Shown here piece by piece: positions 57,101 to 64,000 of a stretch of 64,000 nt of DNA. Positions within the stretch are counted from its first letter, which is position 1; every line of letters starts with the position of its first letter. The notes beneath the pieces were generated by a model. That model saw only the letters and a program-made list of their open reading frames with translations. It did no database searches and was not told where the DNA came from. The translations under genes and the position numbers were made by a program. Where the stretch lies: the NCBI GenBank assembly GCA_965248925.1, contig CBDFLE010000006.1, positions 512,001 to 576,000 on the forward strand. Reading direction: 5' to 3'. The DNA comes from Candidatus Multivoradales bacterium. GTDB lineage: Bacteria; Acidobacteriota; Thermoanaerobaculia; Multivoradales; J023.

Positions 57101-58526
57101 TCACCGCGAAGAGATAGCTCACCGCCAAGGCCAGCATCACCAAGGTGGGAATGGCACGAGTGAAATCCGCGGTACCGCCACTGGACAGCAGCATGGGCAC
57201 AAAAGCAGCCAGCGTGGTGCCGGTGGCGGTGCCGAGGGGCAGCGCCAGCTCGCGCACCGATGCCGCCGCCGCCTGATGCACTGTCTCACCAGAATCGAGA
57301 CGAAACTGGATGTTCTCGACCATGACGATGGCGTTGTCCACCAACATGCCGAGAGCGATCACCAAAGCGGCGATCGAGATCTGGTGCAAAATACCGCCGG
57401 CCATGGCGTAGAGCGCCAGCGAACTGAAGGTGACCAACGGTACGACCATGGCCACCAGAAAGCCGAGGCGCAGCCCCATCACCAAGAAAAGCACTCCGGC
57501 GACGATCAAAATACCAAGCTTGAGGGAACGGCTGAGCTCATCCAGTCGGTGCTCCACCGAATCGGGTTGAAAGAGCACTTCTTCGATCCGTAGCGGCGCC
57601 AATTCCGGCCCCAGTTCGGCCAGCGCGGCTCGCACCCGCTGTCCCCATCGGATCCGATCGATTTCGAAACGAGGTACCACCCCGAGACCTACCGCCGGTT
57701 CACCTTCGAAGCGCATCCGCGCCAGGTCGGGCTCGCGCGGACCGTGGCGGACTCGGGCCAGTTCGCCGAGCGGCAGCGAGGCACCTGAAGGCAAGACGAT
57801 CTGGGTCGCGGCGATCTCCCGCAGCGAGCCGAAGTCAGTGCGCGGGCGCAGGGTGACGGTCTTCTCGCCCAGGTGCACCACACCGCCGGGCTCGATGGCG
57901 CTGCGCGCCGCCAACTGCTGGCCCAGCTGCCCCGGATCCAACCCCAGCCGCCGCGCGACGGCGTCCTCGTATTCGATGGTGATCTGCTCGCCTGGATCGG
58001 CGATCAGCTCGACCACCTTGACCCCCTCGACCCCCAGCAAGCGACGTTTGACTCGCTCGGCAGCGGCACCGAGCACCAGCGGATCGACGGAACCGACCAC
58101 CGCCAACAGCACCGCGTCCTGTTGCGTCAGGTCATGATCGAGTTCCGGCTTACCCACTCCACGGGGGAAGTCAGGCCGCGCCCGATCGAGGGCGTCCTCG
58201 ACGTCGTCCCACACCGGTCCGGTGTCGTAGAGCCGGTCTTCGAGTTCCAGGAACAACACCGCGATACCGGCGCGGACGCTCGATTCGACCAACTCCAATC
58301 CTTCGACCTCGGCCAGCTGCTCTTCGATCGGCTCCACCACCAGCCGCTCGACGGTCTCAGCATCGGTACCGGGGAAGGACACCACCACCAGCCCGTTGCG
58401 CTCCGGAAAGCGCGGGTCCTCCTCCCTCGGCATGGTATTCCAGCTGAACAAACCAGCCAACGACAGGAGGATGACGGTAGCGATGATCAGCCGGCGACGG
58501 GCGAGAAGCAGAGGTAGGATCTTCAA
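54198..58526 (-). CDS. RND efflux permease (AcrB/AcrD/AcrF family) fused to a TolC-like outer-membrane factor
   Basis: MPREEDP, GMLVDNAIV, GIVVNNAIVL and RTRPILLT in the first ~1000 aa; OEP repeats afterwards (RYQAGRATTNDLLDAE). Confidence 0.92.
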   Translation of the reverse strand: MKILPLLLARRRLIIATVILLSLAGLFSWNTMPREEDPRFPERNGLVVVSFPGTDAETVERLVVEPIEEQLAEVEGLELVESSVRAGIAVLFLELEDRLYDTGPVWDDVEDALDRARPDFPRGVGKPELDHDLTQQDAVLLAVVGSVDPLVLGAAAERVKRRLLGVEGVKVVELIADPGEQITIEYEDAVARRLGLDPGQLGQQLAARSAIEPGGVVHLGEKTVTLRPRTDFGSLREIAATQIVLPSGASLPLGELARVRHGPREPDLARMRFEGEPAVGLGVVPRFEIDRIRWGQRVRAALAELGPELAPLRIEEVLFQPDSVEHRLDELSRSLKLGILIVAGVLFLVMGLRLGFLVAMVVPLVTFSSLALYAMAGGILHQISIAALVIALGMLVDNAIVMVENIQFRLDSGETVHQAAAASVRELALPLGTATGTTLAAFVPMLLSSGGTADFTRAIPTLVMLALAVSYLFAVMVTPVLAELTLRRRPKADSALESRWAGRLADWAVDGWRWVLPATLLLLLATVFAAGFVKQQFFPGADRTLVLVDLELPEGTHLDGTDAATRLLEEAMAELPEVTSVASFIGRGTPHIYYNLTSRPRSPYLASVIVQTQHKRELPAVIAAVREFAARRVPQAEVVARRLVQGPSIPAPIEVRVYGEDLEELQLVSDQVLSLIRGIDGTRDARHDLGLGSPSVTVDIDDAAAARHGLNRASVARALYGRTLGTEIGQYRMGDDPVPILLRSAAGEDLPVAELASIDVGSPGRVPVPLEQVARLGVEWRPAAIYHRNRQRLVRVRSELTAEGTSVAVVAELEPLLAELDLAPGMHWEIGGEVAESGAANSAILRSAPIGVLLLLFFLLAEFNSFRRVGIVLMTVPLAAVGVVPGLLLTGNPFGFTSLLGMVSLVGIVVNNAIVLLDLVERNRAVGASVEEALRQAVIRRTRPILLTMSTTVAGLLPLAFSPAALWPPLAWAMISGLAASTLLTLLVIPALYRLLFSPRRRVRLRPAKVTAGLLVLLAGLTIPPARGESLDLHQAMERAAARPQALAAEERAQAAEQSAVMRRRGSLWPTLGVTLGTSWRDRDFSFATPLGELSLGQRHSEALEVRLTQPLLDVSRWLYAAPAARSQALAAASRSARLKQRLAAQAAQSFIAVLAIDARGEATATFIASLKARLEETEQRVAAGRSLEADALKLRLDLEAAEFDLLRLGEQRRVAARELGLAVGSTQPVEPLFDQVVDQRLELERQVLIDAAASSRPDILAAEAQLRAVELLDKSIAAERLPRLQAVATWSSSDGDPFQADEIGQLTVGLAWNPFAAGTRAPRRAGLAAERRALAADLEELRRSIGLEIDDGLARLAVARAAVRVRHRGVELAQETLRVERARYQAGRATTNDLLDAEAELRAQVTAQALARLEVLGSWILLRQVTGTPGLWPPPAARDQG

Positions 58527-59623
58527 GGCGCCACCTCTACCCGCTCGCCATCCAGCAGGCCACGCTGCCCCCCAACCACCACCCGATCGCCAGCCCGCAG
58601 CGCGCCGCGCACGATCACCAGCTCGCCGACCAGGCCATCGACCTCGATCACCACCTTCTCGACGGTCTCACCACGCAGCCTGAAAACCGCTGGCTGACGG
58701 CCGCCGGGGTTGACCACGGCTTCGACCGGTACCGCCAATGTATCGTTGCTGGAAACCTCGATTAGAACTTCCGCGGTCATCCCAGAAACCACTTGCGGCG
58801 GCACCTCGATCGCCGCCACCACCGGAAAAAGGCGCCCCTGGCCGATCGCCATATGTGCCACCGAAGTCACCTGGCCGGGGACGCCAGTGATGCCTAGTGC
58901 TGGCAAATCGACCTGCACCGCGTCGCCGCGAGCGACCTTGATGATCAGCGACTCCGGCAACTCGACCTCGACCTCGATCGGCCCGTCGCCGGAGAGCACC
59001 ACCACCGGCCGACCGGCGGCGGCAAATTCGTCAGCCTCGAAGAACACCTCGGTGATGGTGCCGTCGAAGGGCGCTCGTAAGACCACTTCGTCGCGCCGAC
59101 GCTGCGCCTCGCGCAGCCGCGCAGTCGCCGCCTGCTCGGCGGCGCGCAGAGCGTCGAGAGCCGCGGTGCTGCGTTCCAGCTCTTCGCCGGTGGCCGCCTT
59201 GGCGGCGACCAGGCGCCGCGCGCGCTCGGCTTCGCGCTCGCCCTGAGCCCGACGGGCGGCAAACTCGGCCAGCTGCGCGCGGGCAGCGGCAACCGCATTG
59301 TCGAATTCCACGGCGTCACGGCGCGCCAATACTTGTCCCCGACGAACCCGGTCGCCGACCTGCACCGGTCGGCTGACCACCCGTCCACCGCGGGTGAATC
59401 CAAGCCGGGCGCGCCGCACCGAGCGCAGCACGCCGGAGAACCGCACCTGGCGAGCAGCCTGCGCAGTGGCGACTGTCGCCACTTCGACCCGCTTGCTCGG
59501 CCGCCGGCGAGAGAGATCAGCAGCCGTTTCAGAATCGGCCGACAAGTAGACCGCACTGAGCAGCACTCCGGCTGCCACCAGCACCCTGGCGGTCCAAGAC
59601 ATCAGCTTTCTTTCGCTGCTCAT
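58523..59623 (-). CDS. RND membrane fusion protein (periplasmic adaptor)
   Basis: VQVGDRVRRGQVLA, LRAPFDG, GMTAEV. Confidence 0.93.
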   Translation of the reverse strand: MSSERKLMSWTARVLVAAGVLLSAVYLSADSETAADLSRRRPSKRVEVATVATAQAARQVRFSGVLRSVRRARLGFTRGGRVVSRPVQVGDRVRRGQVLARRDAVEFDNAVAAARAQLAEFAARRAQGEREAERARRLVAAKAATGEELERSTAALDALRAAEQAATARLREAQRRRDEVVLRAPFDGTITEVFFEADEFAAAGRPVVVLSGDGPIEVEVELPESLIIKVARGDAVQVDLPALGITGVPGQVTSVAHMAIGQGRLFPVVAAIEVPPQVVSGMTAEVLIEVSSNDTLAVPVEAVVNPGGRQPAVFRLRGETVEKVVIEVDGLVGELVIVRGALRAGDRVVVGGQRGLLDGERVEVAP

Positions 59624-59725
59624 GGTTGGGCTCCGTAGATCGATAATCGGACCGCGGCAGCAGCTTTGCCCGCCGCTCTAAAAGGCCGTAAGATTTGCCA
59701 GGATTTTTGCGAGGGGAATTGCAAA

Positions 59726-59741
59726 CTGGCCGGCCGGTCAA
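59726..59741. promoter_or_regulatory. Putative TetR operator upstream of the efflux operon
   Basis: CTGGCCGGCCGGTCAA, near-identical to the palindrome at 60535. Confidence 0.65.
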
Positions 59742-59791
59742 TTACAGAAAGAAGGTAGCTAGCGGTCAACATCAGCGGTCCTCAACTTGTT

Positions 59792-60430
59792 TTAGGGGCG
59801 CGCGCCGTCGAAGAACAGGCGCTGAATATTCGCCAGATAGCGTTCGTCCTCGACCGTCATATCGGTGCCCGTCGGCACCAGCTGTGAGTAGAGGCGTTTG
59901 TGCTGAAACCAGTGCTCACACAGGGCCAGCATCTGCTTGATCAGGAAGAACGGGTCGAGATCGTCGCGTAGGCCGCCGTTCCGCTGCGCCGCGCGGATGC
60001 TCTCGGCGCCGAGTTCGAATAGCTCCTTCTCCATGTCGAGGCAGATGTCGTCCTCCTCGACACAGCGCCAACTCATGAACCGCACCGCGTCCGGGCGGTG
60101 TTGCAAGAAGCGGAAATAGGCCACCATCGACTCACGAAGCAACTCACCATCGGTGTTGTCAGAGGCCAGCAGCAGAGCCTTCTGGTGGTCGTAGTACTCA
60201 CTGAAGAAGTGCCTCTTGACCTCATTCCAAAGCTCTTCCTTGGAGCCGAAATGATGATGGATCAGACTTTTGGTGACCCCCGCCCGGCGGCCGATCTCAC
60301 GAGTCGAAGTAGCGGCGACGCCCCGCTCGATAAACAGCTTCGTCGCCGCCGCCAGAATGGCGGCGCGGGTAGCCTCCGGGTCGCGGCGACGGCGTGGTCT
60401 GGACGGATCGTGCGGGGTTGTCTTGGGCAT
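59792..60430 (-). CDS. TetR/AcrR-family regulator
   Basis: TRAAILAAATKLF...STREIGRRAGVTKSLIHHHFGSKEEL; ATG at 60430. Confidence 0.95.
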   Translation of the reverse strand: MPKTTPHDPSRPRRRRDPEATRAAILAAATKLFIERGVAATSTREIGRRAGVTKSLIHHHFGSKEELWNEVKRHFFSEYYDHQKALLLASDNTDGELLRESMVAYFRFLQHRPDAVRFMSWRCVEEDDICLDMEKELFELGAESIRAAQRNGGLRDDLDPFFLIKQMLALCEHWFQHKRLYSQLVPTGTDMTVEDERYLANIQRLFFDGARP

Positions 60431-60431
60431 T

Positions 60432-60483
60432 GTCTTCCTGGCCGGTCTTCCTGGCCGGTCTTCCTGGCCGGTCCTCCTGGCCG
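60432..60483. repeat. 4 x 13-bp tandem repeat abutting the tetR start codon
   Basis: GTCTTCCTGGCCG x3 plus GTCCTCCTGGCCG. Confidence 0.9.
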
Positions 60484-60533
60484 CGGGTCGGCGAACCAGG
60501 GCGTGATCTCGTTGCAACCACAGGCTACTATTA

Positions 60534-60551
60534 ATTGGCCGACCGGTCAAT
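60534..60551. promoter_or_regulatory. Putative TetR autoregulatory operator
   Basis: Imperfect palindrome ATTGGCCGACCGGTCAAT upstream of tetR. Confidence 0.65.
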
Positions 60552-60726
60552 ACCTGCGAGAGCGAGCAAGTTTTCGTCAGATCAAGGCGCAAAACCGCAG
60601 GAATATTGGTAATCTTGCGAGGTTTTGTAACGCGGAGCTGGCGAAAAATGGCCGCTCGGAGCGTGGCGAGACTTTTGCCACAGGCTGCTAGACCCACGAA
60701 CACCAAAGGCGCAGACTGGCCCAATC

Positions 60727-61005
60727 ATGGCGATAACCGACAGGCTCGCCTGGCATTGTTCTAAGGAGGAGTCGGCACCTCGGTCTCTGGACAGCCAAGT
60801 TGCTCGTTCTAAGGCGCGATAAGGGTCTAGGAGTGAAGAACATCGAGGGCGTCATCCGCGAGTACCTAGACATTGTCGAAGAGCATTTGGCTGGCACCGA
60901 TATGGGTGAAATAGAAGTCGCTGCCTGAAGGCCACGAATCCAAGAGGCGACCACCATCGAGCTGCAACCGCCCTGACGAAATCCGGCTTCGCGATTGCAA
61001 ACAAA
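60727..61005 (+). pseudogene. Decayed hicB-hicA-like toxin-antitoxin pair
   Basis: Fragments VKNIEGVIREYLDIVEEHLAGTDMGEIEVAA* (HicB C-terminus, stop at 60928) and DHHRAATALTKSGFAIA (HicA N-terminus); stops and frameshifts upstream. Confidence 0.6.
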
Positions 61006-61088
61006 TCGTCAGGAACGCTTGCTCTGAGCGGGGCTAAACGAGACGGCACGAATCAATGACCCATTGAAAGCCAGGAGATGAGAAGCCA

Positions 61089-61349
61089 GTGCCTGAAATC
61101 AGCCGCTTTCTTGGAATAGTGATTGCGATGTATTACAATGACCATGCACCGCCACATTTTCGCGGTCGCTACAGCGGCAAGGAAATCCGCGTGAATATCG
61201 AGAACGGCCGGATCATGTCCGGAGAGTTTCCGAAGCGAGCGCAGGGACTAGTCCTCGAGTGGCTTGGTTTATATCGTGATCAATTGATGACGGATTGGCG
61301 TCTGGCGAAAGAACGCAAACCGATGAACAAGATCGCCCCGTTGGAGTAA
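61089..61349 (+). CDS. DUF4160 family protein (TA-like)
   Basis: MPEISRFLGIVIAMYYNDHAPPHF...KIAPLE. Confidence 0.9.
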   Translation: MPEISRFLGIVIAMYYNDHAPPHFRGRYSGKEIRVNIENGRIMSGEFPKRAQGLVLEWLGLYRDQLMTDWRLAKERKPMNKIAPLE

Positions 61350-61353
61350 TCAT

Positions 61354-61593
61354 ATGACGCCGAAACTATCGAAAGCTGAGTTCGTCGTTGACTACAAAAT
61401 CAGAGTGTCATTCGAAGACGGAACAGTAGGCATCATCGATCTACAGAACGATCTATGGGGCGAAGTCTTTGAGCCTCTCAGAGACCCCGAAAAGTTCCAA
61501 GATTTCAGAGTCGACCCTGAGCTACAAACCATAGTGTGGCCCACAGGTGCCGATTTGGCCCCAGAGTTCCTCTACGAGCGAGCTGCCGCGTAG
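61354..61593 (+). CDS. DUF2442 family protein (TA-like partner)
   Basis: YKIRVSFEDG...GEVFEPL...TIVWPTGADLAPEFLY. Confidence 0.9.
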   Translation: MTPKLSKAEFVVDYKIRVSFEDGTVGIIDLQNDLWGEVFEPLRDPEKFQDFRVDPELQTIVWPTGADLAPEFLYERAAA

Positions 61594-61835
61594 TCGCCTC
61601 GCCGGACCGCTGTTACGGCTGGCACCTCAACCCCTCTAGCTTTCGGCGTCAGAATACTCTGCCGAGCGCAAGCGTTCCCTGAGCTACCCACTCTGCGACC
61701 GCTCCCGCTTTGATCAGCAGCCGGCTAGCCCCACAGAGCCGGAGGTCCGTTCTTCGGCTGCCAGCGAATACACAGCCGGCTGTACCCTCCGACAGTCTCG
61801 GTACCGGTCCGGGAGCAGAACCCGCGCCAGACCTT

Positions 61836-62225
61836 CTAGCCGCTGGCTTCGTAGAAGCCCACCAGGCACTCGAGCAGTAGCAAGCGGTCGGCGGCGGGCC
61901 AGGGCTCGAAACGGACACCGCCGCTCAAGCCGTCGTGATGGCGCACCACCGCCGGCACGCGCGAGAACTCGGTCTGCTCGTCGAGGCGAAAGCTGAGCAG
62001 CACTTCGGTGCCCGCAGGTAGCTCTGGTGGCAACACCAGACCGATGCCGTAGGCGCTGATGTCGATGGCGTCGACCACCCACGGCTGGTCGGCGATTTTC
62101 GGCGCGTCGATGGCTACCAACACACCATGGATCGGTCGGCGGCGACTGCGCCGCTGCGAACCTCCCGCGGACGATTGCGCCGCGGCCTGCTGAGCAGGGA
62201 CGGCATCTGATCCAGACTCGGACAT
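61836..62225 (-). CDS. PilZ domain protein
   Basis: QRRSRR and DISAYG c-di-GMP-binding motifs. Confidence 0.85.
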   Translation of the reverse strand: MSESGSDAVPAQQAAAQSSAGGSQRRSRRRPIHGVLVAIDAPKIADQPWVVDAIDISAYGIGLVLPPELPAGTEVLLSFRLDEQTEFSRVPAVVRHHDGLSGGVRFEPWPAADRLLLLECLVGFYEASG

Positions 62226-62440
62226 GTCTCTCACCTCCTGTAGGTCACCGCGGCTATCGCTGTATCCTTAGAGCCCGCGCGAACTTCCCCGCAAAAAGAT
62301 GCCGCAGTCTACCTCAAGTCCGCCCACCTACCACCACGCCGGGTCCGTCCTCTTCTACATGCTATGATCCGCCGTGATTTAGACTATTTAGACTAGCTGC
62401 CGTTGTCTCCATCAAGGACCGCGGCCCGAGGGCTCTGTGC

Positions 62441-63544
62441 ATGTCTCAACTGACTCTGGGAATCGAGGAGGAATACCAGATCATCGATCCGGACTCCGGT
62501 GAACTCAAGTCCTATATTCAGGAGTTTCTTGAAGAGGGGCGAGTGGTCTTGCAGGACCAGATCAAGCCAGAGTTCTTGCAGTCTCAGGTCGAGGTGGGTA
62601 GCCATATCTGCCGCAACATTCAGGAGTTGCGCCAGGAGGTCGTGCGGCTGCGACGCTCGATCATCGAACTCGCCGCCGGCCACGGGCTGAAGGTCTGCGC
62701 CGCCAGCACCCACCCGTTTTCGAGCTGGGCACGGCAAGAGGTCAACATCGGTGAGCGCTACACCCAACTGCGCACCGACATGGCCGATCTGGCGCGCCGC
62801 ATGTTGATCTTCGGCATGCACATCCACGTCGGTATCGACGACAAGGCATTGCTGATCGACGTGATGAATCAGGCCCGCTATTTTCTGCCTCACCTGCTGG
62901 CCTTCACCACCAGCTCACCCTTCTGGCAGGGGCGCGACACCGGTCTCAAGTCGTACCGCACGGTAATCTTCGAGAGCCTGCCACGCACTGGCTTGCCACC
63001 GTCGCTCGAGTCCTGGTCGGAATACCAGGGGTTCATCGAGACCTTAGTCGCCACCGGCTGCATCGATGAGCCAACCAAGATCTGGTGGGATATGCGACCC
63101 CATCCGAAGTTCCCGACCTTGGAGTTCAGGGTCTGCGACATCTGCACCACGGTCGACGAGGCGGTCTGCATCGCTGCCCTGGTGCAGGCTTTGGTGGCCA
63201 AGCTGATCAAGCTGCGGCAGAACAATCAGAGCTGGCGTCACTACCGCCATCACCTGATCACCGAGAACAAATGGCGCGCGGTGCGCTATGGCATCGAAGG
63301 GAAATTCATCGACTTCGGCCTGCGCCGAGAGGTGCCGTTGAAGGAACTCGGCGTGGAGCTGCTGGAGTTCGTCGACGATGTCGTCGATGAGCTCAAGAGT
63401 CGCCGCGAAGTCGAGTTCTTGCATACCTTGCTGGCGCAAGGCACCAGTGCCGATCGCCAGCTGGCCACCTACCGCGAAACCGGCGACATGAAGAAAGTCG
63501 TCGAGCAACTGATCGAGGAAACCTCGGCGGGTTGCATGGAGTAA
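62441..63544 (+). CDS. ybdK: Carboxylate-amine ligase YbdK (glutamate-cysteine ligase 2)
   Basis: TLGIEEEYQ, FGMHIHVG, SSPFW, WWDMRPHPKFPTLEFRVCD. Confidence 0.93.
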   Translation: MSQLTLGIEEEYQIIDPDSGELKSYIQEFLEEGRVVLQDQIKPEFLQSQVEVGSHICRNIQELRQEVVRLRRSIIELAAGHGLKVCAASTHPFSSWARQEVNIGERYTQLRTDMADLARRMLIFGMHIHVGIDDKALLIDVMNQARYFLPHLLAFTTSSPFWQGRDTGLKSYRTVIFESLPRTGLPPSLESWSEYQGFIETLVATGCIDEPTKIWWDMRPHPKFPTLEFRVCDICTTVDEAVCIAALVQALVAKLIKLRQNNQSWRHYRHHLITENKWRAVRYGIEGKFIDFGLRREVPLKELGVELLEFVDDVVDELKSRREVEFLHTLLAQGTSADRQLATYRETGDMKKVVEQLIEETSAGCME

Positions 63545-63575
63545 GGCCGGCAGAAACGTCCGGCCGAGTAACGAA

Positions 63576-64000
63576 TTGCCTGCCCCCAGTATCCAGCTAA
63601 GCCTGTTCGAGCCGCTTGTCGCTGGCCCGGACCGCCACCCAGCACCAGCGACCCAAGCTGATCTAGAAGCGCCGACAGCGGCTCTCGAAGTCGCCGAGAA
63701 CCCGGTCCAGCGGCTGCGCCGCCGGCTGGGATCACGGGTTGACGTGCCTCTTCTACGGGTGGTCTTGACCGATAATCGGCAGCGGATCTTTTCGGCCCGG
63801 CAGCAGCGTGCTGACGGCGCTCTTGAGCTGCGCATTCACCGCTCCTTTGTCGACGCCGACGACCGGCTGCTGAGCGAACTCGGCCGCTTGCTGAGCGACC
63901 AGCTCGACCCGGCCGGCCGCCGCCGCGTACTCGACCTGGTGCGACACCACCACGCTGCTCATTCGTCCCCTCCACCCCCACGGCGACTACAGCTGTACGC
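63576..64000 (+). CDS. Partial hypothetical protein, possibly the N-terminus of a SprT-like metallopeptidase; runs off the window end
   Basis: Open frame from TTG at 63576: ...VVLTDNRQRIFSA...LELRIHRSFVDADDRLL... Confidence 0.55.
   Translation, partial: MPAPSIQLSLFEPLVAGPDRHPAPATQADLEAPTAALEVAENPVQRLRRRLGSRVDVPLLRVVLTDNRQRIFSARQQRADGALELRIHRSFVDADDRLLSELGRLLSDQLDPAGRRRVLDLVRHHHAAHSSPPPPRRLQLY

Noticed and set aside
63753-63962. 69-aa minus-strand ORF
   Set aside because: The plus-strand frame from 63576 is open to the window end and looks more protein-like

Overview
GC-rich bacterial chromosome segment (the gene content resembles Acidobacteriota, but this is inference only) in three parts. 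(1) About 1-21,695 is a mobile/accessory island abutting the 3' end of tRNA-Thr(CGT). It carries a secreted FG-GAP/DUF11 protein, a Ser/Thr kinase-TPR plus ECF sigma module, a MOB_P relaxase, a mobC split by an IS21 element (7-bp target duplication), a candidate oriT, a TIR-HNH-TPR fusion, a Toprim primase, two tyrosine recombinases flanking a tRNA-fMet 3' fragment, two hypothetical genes and a decayed integrase. (2) 23,888-27,939 is an IS4-family element with a second, unrelated IS nested inside it. (3) The rest is mostly core-like: an S8 peptidase with a (DVFVWN)7 tail next to a beta-propeller hybrid kinase, clpS-clpA, yjjX, mscL, rlmI, xth, an ECF/anti-sigma pair, a TetR-regulated RND pump with the permease fused to its outer-membrane factor, toxin-antitoxin genes and ybdK. 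Top candidates for novelty: an unannotated ~330-aa domain (DFWxRGN...LW[KR]G...GWGY...WLxPP) present twice in the island, once fused to TIR-HNH-TPR and once stand-alone with a Gly/Ala hydrophobic hairpin (putative defence family), and the integrase-att-integrase arrangement. All annotation was done by eye with no database searches.
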